A stretch of 64,000 nucleotides of DNA from a virus (Duplodnaviria > Caudoviricetes): IMG/VR virus record IMGVR_UViG_2773857766_000004, positions 52,292-116,291 of that record, one strand, 5' to 3'. Shown here piece after piece: positions 59,565 to 64,000 of this stretch; positions within the stretch are counted from its first letter, which is position 1; every line of letters starts with the position of its first letter. Under the pieces are notes generated by a model. It saw only the letters and a program-made list of their open reading frames with translations. It was not told where the DNA came from and did not search any database. A program made the position numbers and the translations under genes.

Positions 59565-59755
59565 AGAGCCCCACAAAGGGCCGCCCTCGCCTCACCTTCG
59601 CCGACCTGGCCCGGGTCCGGTGCATGGTCTGCGACAAGGACAAGACCGCCGAGGGAGCCCGCCCGTTCAGGGCCCATCACGTCTGCGCGGACTGCGTGCG
59701 CCAGGTCAACCAGCGCGCCGCGGCCCGGGCCGACGCGCCGGCGCCGCCGGGATAG
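59561..59755 (+). CDS. Small zinc-finger protein
   Basis: CMVC...CADC. Confidence 0.5.
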   Translation: MKSPTKGRPRLTFADLARVRCMVCDKDKTAEGARPFRAHHVCADCVRQVNQRAAARADAPAPPG

Positions 59756-59778
59756 CCCCGGCGCATCTCACAACCCAG

Positions 59779-59805
59779 CCCGCCACCCCGGCGGGTTTTC
59801 TTTTT
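59779..59805 (+). terminator. Terminator-like hairpin
   Basis: CCCGCC-ACCCC-GGCGGG-TTTTCTTTTT. Confidence 0.65.
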
Positions 59806-59816
59806 CTGGAGTCCGT

Positions 59817-60794
59817 ATGTCCGAGAACAGCAAGATCGAATGGACCGATCACACATTCAACCCCTGGGAAGGCTGCCAGAAGGTGGGCCCGGGCTGCGAC
59901 CACTGCTACGCCGAGACGCGCAATGCGCGGTTCGCGGGTGGCACGGCCATCAACTGGGGCCCGGACGCGCCGCGGCGCCGCACCAGCACCAGCAACTGGG
60001 CAAAGCCCCGGGCCTGGAATGCCGCCGCCGCAGAGTTCTTCGCCAAGCACGGACGCCGGCAGCGCGTGTTCTGTGCCAGTTTGGCCGACGTGTTCGACAC
60101 CGCGGTGCCGGTGCAGTGGCGCCGCGACCTGTTCGACCTGATCGAAGCCACTCCCCATCTGGACTGGCTGCTGCTCACCAAGCGGATAGGGAACGCTCGA
60201 AACCTGTACGCAGGTGCTTACCTGGATTCCGCGCGGCCCTGGCCGGACAACGTCTGGCTTGGCGCCACCGTTGTGACGCAAAAGGAGGTGGATCGCGACA
60301 TCCCGAAGCTGCTGGCCGTGCCCGCACGCGTGCGGTTCCTGAGCATCGAGCCGCTGCTGGCCCTCGTATCGCTGCGCTGGTTGGCCGCTTGGCCCGAAAA
60401 CACGGGCCGCCGCGCCGAGCACCCCAGCGGTAACACGCACCACCTCGACGGCCTGCGGCGCATCGACTGGGTGATCGTCGGCGGTGAGAGTGGCCCGGGC
60501 GCACGCCCCATGCATCCGGATTGGGCCCGCACAGTCCGCGACCAGTGCGCTGCGGCGGGCGTTCCCTTCTTGTTCAAGCAGTGGGGCGAGTGGGTGCCGC
60601 GCGGCCCGGAGAGCATGGGCTATCCCCTGGTCGAGGGCGTGCCCCGCGTCCGGCTCACCGACCTCGGCGAGAACGGCAGCGACTTGTCTGCCGAGGGAGA
60701 CAACCACGTCTGGATGCAGCGCGCGGGCAAAAAGGCCGCCGGCCGGCTGCTCGATGGCCAGCAGCACGACGGGTTCCCGCCGTCCACGCCATGA
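59817..60794 (+). CDS. Phage Gp37/Gp68 (DUF5131) family protein
   Basis: SKIEWTDHTFNPWEGCQKVGPGCDHCYA..LLTKR..RFLSIEPLL..WVIVGGESG..FKQWG. Confidence 0.9.
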   Translation: MSENSKIEWTDHTFNPWEGCQKVGPGCDHCYAETRNARFAGGTAINWGPDAPRRRTSTSNWAKPRAWNAAAAEFFAKHGRRQRVFCASLADVFDTAVPVQWRRDLFDLIEATPHLDWLLLTKRIGNARNLYAGAYLDSARPWPDNVWLGATVVTQKEVDRDIPKLLAVPARVRFLSIEPLLALVSLRWLAAWPENTGRRAEHPSGNTHHLDGLRRIDWVIVGGESGPGARPMHPDWARTVRDQCAAAGVPFLFKQWGEWVPRGPESMGYPLVEGVPRVRLTDLGENGSDLSAEGDNHVWMQRAGKKAAGRLLDGQQHDGFPPSTP

Positions 60795-61012
60795 GCCCCC
60801 AGGACGACTGGAAAGCGGCCGACAAGGCCTACCAGCTGCACCACGCCGGCTGCGGCACCTGCATCAGCGCAGGTGCGAGCCCCAAGAACCAGACCCGATG
60901 CCCGGAAGGCCAGGCGCTCTGGGACACCTACAACGCCGCCGACCTGCCCGCGTACTTCTCGCGGCCTCGCGCGCTCGACATCAAGCCCCCGCCACAAGGA
61001 AATACTCAATGA
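60791..61012 (+). CDS. Hypothetical Cys/His protein
   Basis: HHAGCGTC..RCPEG..LW. Confidence 0.5.
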   Translation: MSPQDDWKAADKAYQLHHAGCGTCISAGASPKNQTRCPEGQALWDTYNAADLPAYFSRPRALDIKPPPQGNTQ

Positions 61013-61803
61013 CCGAAACACTCGCCCAGCTCGAAGCCCGCGATCAAGCCGTCGGGCCCACCATCCTCCTGGCCAGCGGCCGGTATTTCAGTTTCGACAA
61101 GCCGGAGAGCACGCCCGTCAGCGTGGAGGACATCGCTCACGCGCTGTCCCACCTCTGCCGGTTCACCGGGCACTGCCGCGGCTTCTACTCGGTCGCGCAG
61201 CACGCTGTCCTGGTCTCCCACCTGGTGCCGCCAGAGCACGCATTCCACGCACTGCACCACGACGACGTGGAGGCGGTCATGGGCGACATGTCCAGCCCCC
61301 TGAAACGCCTCATGCCCGAGTACAAGGCGCTGGAGCGCCGCGTGGAGGCCGCCATCCTGGCGCAATTCGGACTGCCTGCGGCCACGCCCGCAGAGGTCAA
61401 GCACGCGGACCTCGTGGCGCTACGCACGGAGCAGCGTGACCTGATGCACATCGACGGCGGCCGGTGGCCATCGCTGGACGGCATCGAGCCGACCCCAAGT
61501 TTCGGGCTGCAGCCCATGGGCCCCAATTCGGCGCGGCAGCTCTACCTTGCCCGGCACCGGGAGCTGCTGGCGGCGCGCGGTGCGCACGGGGCCGAGATCA
61601 TTGCCCCCGCGAAGGACACGAAGCATTACACCCCAGCACCAGGCGAAGACGGATGGGTCACCGAGCGGATCTGGAAGGGCACCCCATACGACTTCATGCG
61701 CCTGGCCCGAGGGCTCGTGTACCTGACGCCGGAGCCCGCCGAAACACGGGCTCGCCAAATGACCAACGCGCCCGCCACTGGCGCAGAACGGACACCCGCA
61801 TGA
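61009..61803 (+). CDS. HD-superfamily phosphohydrolase (YfdR-like)
   Basis: DIAHALSHLCRFTGH..FYSVAQH..ALHHD..EA.MGDMSSPLK..VKHADL. Confidence 0.85.
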   Translation: MTETLAQLEARDQAVGPTILLASGRYFSFDKPESTPVSVEDIAHALSHLCRFTGHCRGFYSVAQHAVLVSHLVPPEHAFHALHHDDVEAVMGDMSSPLKRLMPEYKALERRVEAAILAQFGLPAATPAEVKHADLVALRTEQRDLMHIDGGRWPSLDGIEPTPSFGLQPMGPNSARQLYLARHRELLAARGAHGAEIIAPAKDTKHYTPAPGEDGWVTERIWKGTPYDFMRLARGLVYLTPEPAETRARQMTNAPATGAERTPA

Positions 61804-62198
61804 ATATGGAAAGCCATATCACCCCGCAGGACGCCCCCATGGGCACCAAGGCGCCATCCATTGGCGGCGGATACTGGTGCAAGACCCCCAAGGGATGGAA
61901 ATGGGGCGGCCCCGGCGGCAACGGCAGCACGCTTCCGCACCCGGGCGGCGACTGGGACGGACGGCTGCTGCCTCCATCGGGCACCCTGCCCGCCCAACGA
62001 ACGCCCCAGCCCCCGGCAGATCGCCAGGCATGTGCGAAGGCGCTCGCCGCGGGCCTGCAAATGCCCAGTGCGAAGGCCCTGGAGATCATCAGGTACGTCT
62101 CCTGGGACCGGTCCTACAGCGTGTGCAATCTGGATGCGCTGGAGCTGGTCCGGGAGGTCGAGCGCTACTACGGACGGACGGAAGGAGGTGCAGCATGA
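61800..62198 (+). CDS. Hypothetical protein
   Basis: ATGA overlaps; GTKAPSIGGGYW..GWKW. Confidence 0.5.
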   Translation: MNMESHITPQDAPMGTKAPSIGGGYWCKTPKGWKWGGPGGNGSTLPHPGGDWDGRLLPPSGTLPAQRTPQPPADRQACAKALAAGLQMPSAKALEIIRYVSWDRSYSVCNLDALELVREVERYYGRTEGGAA

Positions 62199-62677
62199 AG
62201 ATGGCCCGCCCTTCCGCCCGCGACATCGATGCAGCCGACGAACTTCACTGGGTGCTCTCCGCGATCGACTCACGATGGGGAGGCCCGTGGGCGACGGATG
62301 GCCCTGACGATCTTCGCGCCACACTCGCCGCAGACGAAGAGTTCGACTGCGACAACCGCGAGCACCTGCAGGCGCTGTACAACCACCTGGCCAAGCTGCT
62401 GCGGCGGGCGCCGAACTTCTACGGACGGGTGATCAACGGCATGTGCCATGTCATCTGCTGGGACCACAACGCGATCCTGGACCCGGCCGACGACTGCCTT
62501 TCGCTCCATCCCGACCTGGTAGCCGGCTTGGCGCTGCTGCACAAGCACCGGTCGGATTTCCTCCCACGGCTGGAGCGCGAGGCGCGCGCCGCCGTCGCGG
62601 CCCAGGTCGAGCACTCGGCGGCCACCCACCTGACAGCAATGCGCGCCGGCTGGGCGCAGAAAGCGAGTCCCGCATGA
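62195..62677 (+). CDS. Hypothetical protein
   Basis: GGAGG RBS; MKMARPSARDIDAA. Confidence 0.55.
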   Translation: MKMARPSARDIDAADELHWVLSAIDSRWGGPWATDGPDDLRATLAADEEFDCDNREHLQALYNHLAKLLRRAPNFYGRVINGMCHVICWDHNAILDPADDCLSLHPDLVAGLALLHKHRSDFLPRLEREARAAVAAQVEHSAATHLTAMRAGWAQKASPA

Positions 62678-62961
62678 ACAGCCCCATCAAGCCCACCATG
62701 GACCTGCAGGAAACGGCCGACACGCTGAAGATGCACCCGCACTCGGTGGAGAAGCTGATCCGCCGGGGCGATCTGCCGGCGGGCAAGGCCGGCCGGGCCT
62801 ACCTGCTCCTCACGCGCGACGTGCTCGCCTACGCCGAGAAGATCGTCATCGAGCAGACCGCCGAACGCCTGAGCCGCCAACCTACCAGAGCGCCTTCGAC
62901 AGGTCGGAAGCGCGGAGGTTCGCGTAGCGCATCAGCATCCGCTGGCTCTTGTGCCCGGTGA
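62674..62961 (+). CDS. xis: Excisionase-like HTH protein
   Basis: MDLQETADTLKMHPHSVEKLIRRGDLPAGKAGRAY; adjacent to integrase. Confidence 0.75.
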   Translation: MNSPIKPTMDLQETADTLKMHPHSVEKLIRRGDLPAGKAGRAYLLLTRDVLAYAEKIVIEQTAERLSRQPTRAPSTGRKRGGSRSASASAGSCAR

Positions 62962-64000
62962 TTTTCATGATCTGCGTGTCCGAGAGCTGCGTGCGCTCGA
63001 ACAGCCGGCTCGTGGCCTCGTGCCGCAGATCATGGAATTTCAGCCCCTGGGCACCGGCCTGGGAAAAGATGTCGATGAACAGCTTGCTCAGGTAGTCGCT
63101 CGTCGCGTCCAGATCATTCGCTTCCCCATTCCACCAGGGGAACAACCGCGTGCCGGGCTCAGGGGAGGGCCCGTGCACATCATCCAGGTAGCTCCGCAGC
63201 TCGGCCAGCGCGACCGACGACAGCGGCACCTGCCTCTTGTCCCCATTTTTCGTCTTGTCCAAGAACACCGTGCGCCGCGGTAGGTCCAGCTGGGCCAGGT
63301 GCAGGGTGAACATTTCCCGCAGTCGCATGGCCGATTCCACGGCCAGGATCATCAGGCAGCGCAGTGCCCGGGGGTGCTCCAGCACCAGCGGCCGCTGCTT
63401 GCGCGCCAGCACCCCGCCGGCCAACACGGCAAGCGCCTGCTCGAACTCGCCCTCCTCCAGCCGTCGATCGCGCTCCACGTCCTCGCGCCTCACGCCGGCG
63501 ATCGCCTCGTCCGCCTTGGTGTACTGGGCGTAGCCCTCGGGGAGCGTGCGCAGCGGGTGGTCCGGCATGACCAGGAAGCCCTTGCGCATGCCCCAGTCGC
63601 AGCACCGCGCGAGCGCCCCCACCTTGGCCCGGATCGAAGCCGGCGCGAGCTTGTCGACCCGCTTCATTTCCGAGATCCAGTCGTCCACCCAGCCGGAATC
63701 GATCTTCGTGAGAGGGGCACCGCCGCGGGACGCCACGATGGTGTTCAGGGCGCCGATGTCCTTCTTCGACGGGTGCGCATCCCGGATGAAAAGCCCCACC
63801 AGCTGCTGGATGGTCATGGGCCGATCTGGCGTGCGCAGCTCGGTGGGTACGATTCCCCGTTCCAGCAGGGCGTCGAGCCTGGCCGCGTACCGGTCTCCCT
63901 CCTCCTCATCATCGAAGCTCAGGTACAGCGGCTTCTCCAGCACGCCGGCCCGCTTGAAGATGTATTCCCACGAGTTGCCCCGTTTTCTCTTGCCTGCCAT
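62882..64000 (-). CDS. int: Tyrosine integrase
   Basis: SAMRLRE (R), KTKNG (K), FHDLRHEA (HxxR), TGHKS..MLMRYA (H,Y). Confidence 0.95.
   Translation of the reverse strand: MAGKRKRGNSWEYIFKRAGVLEKPLYLSFDDEEEGDRYAARLDALLERGIVPTELRTPDRPMTIQQLVGLFIRDAHPSKKDIGALNTIVASRGGAPLTKIDSGWVDDWISEMKRVDKLAPASIRAKVGALARCCDWGMRKGFLVMPDHPLRTLPEGYAQYTKADEAIAGVRREDVERDRRLEEGEFEQALAVLAGGVLARKQRPLVLEHPRALRCLMILAVESAMRLREMFTLHLAQLDLPRRTVFLDKTKNGDKRQVPLSSVALAELRSYLDDVHGPSPEPGTRLFPWWNGEANDLDATSDYLSKLFIDIFSQAGAQGLKFHDLRHEATSRLFERTQLSDTQIMKITGHKSQRMLMRYANLRASDLSKALW

Larger units (their letters stand above)
1..64000. mobile_element. Temperate podovirus-like prophage, partial (att sites and end of lysis cassette outside window)
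   Basis: Contiguous integrase, xis, cI/cro, replication, terminase, portal, capsid, ejection, holin and endolysin genes; no host housekeeping genes seen. Confidence 0.96.

Noticed and set aside
63900-64000. Attachment site
   Set aside because: Window ends at the integrase start codon; no att repeat can be identified

Overview
The whole window is one GC-rich temperate phage/prophage, probably of a betaproteobacterial host (inference). It runs from a partial SAR-type endolysin at position 1 to the start codon of a tyrosine integrase at position 64000. No tape-measure or sheath genes were seen. A P22-like portal, N4-gp56-type major capsid and giant PLxRFG ejection protein indicate a podovirus of 933W/F116-like organisation. 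The minus strand (46146 to 1) carries cro, replication, packaging, head, tail, ejection, fibre and lysis genes. The plus strand (46220 to 62961) carries cI and a long early operon with two DNA methyltransferases, Lar, DUF5131, an HD hydrolase and xis. Most notable: (1) a secreted four-cysteine moron protein ending in PFSGKLD, which copies the N-terminal PFDGVLD/PFSGALD repeat of the giant ejection protein and suggests superinfection exclusion by peptide mimicry; (2) six late promoters sharing a GYATAGGG box at an invariant distance from the -10; (3) a 333-aa LAGLIDADG intein in the ejection protein; (4) an ~11 kb tail module bracketed by orphan duplicated 3' gene ends; (5) three anti-Shine-Dalgarno-loop hairpins in the early operon; (6) a GT2 glycosyltransferase in the virion operon; (7) a GIY-YIG domain inside the replication initiator; (8) a LexA-box gene next to cI. 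All family assignments were made by eye from motifs and gene order; no database search was run.
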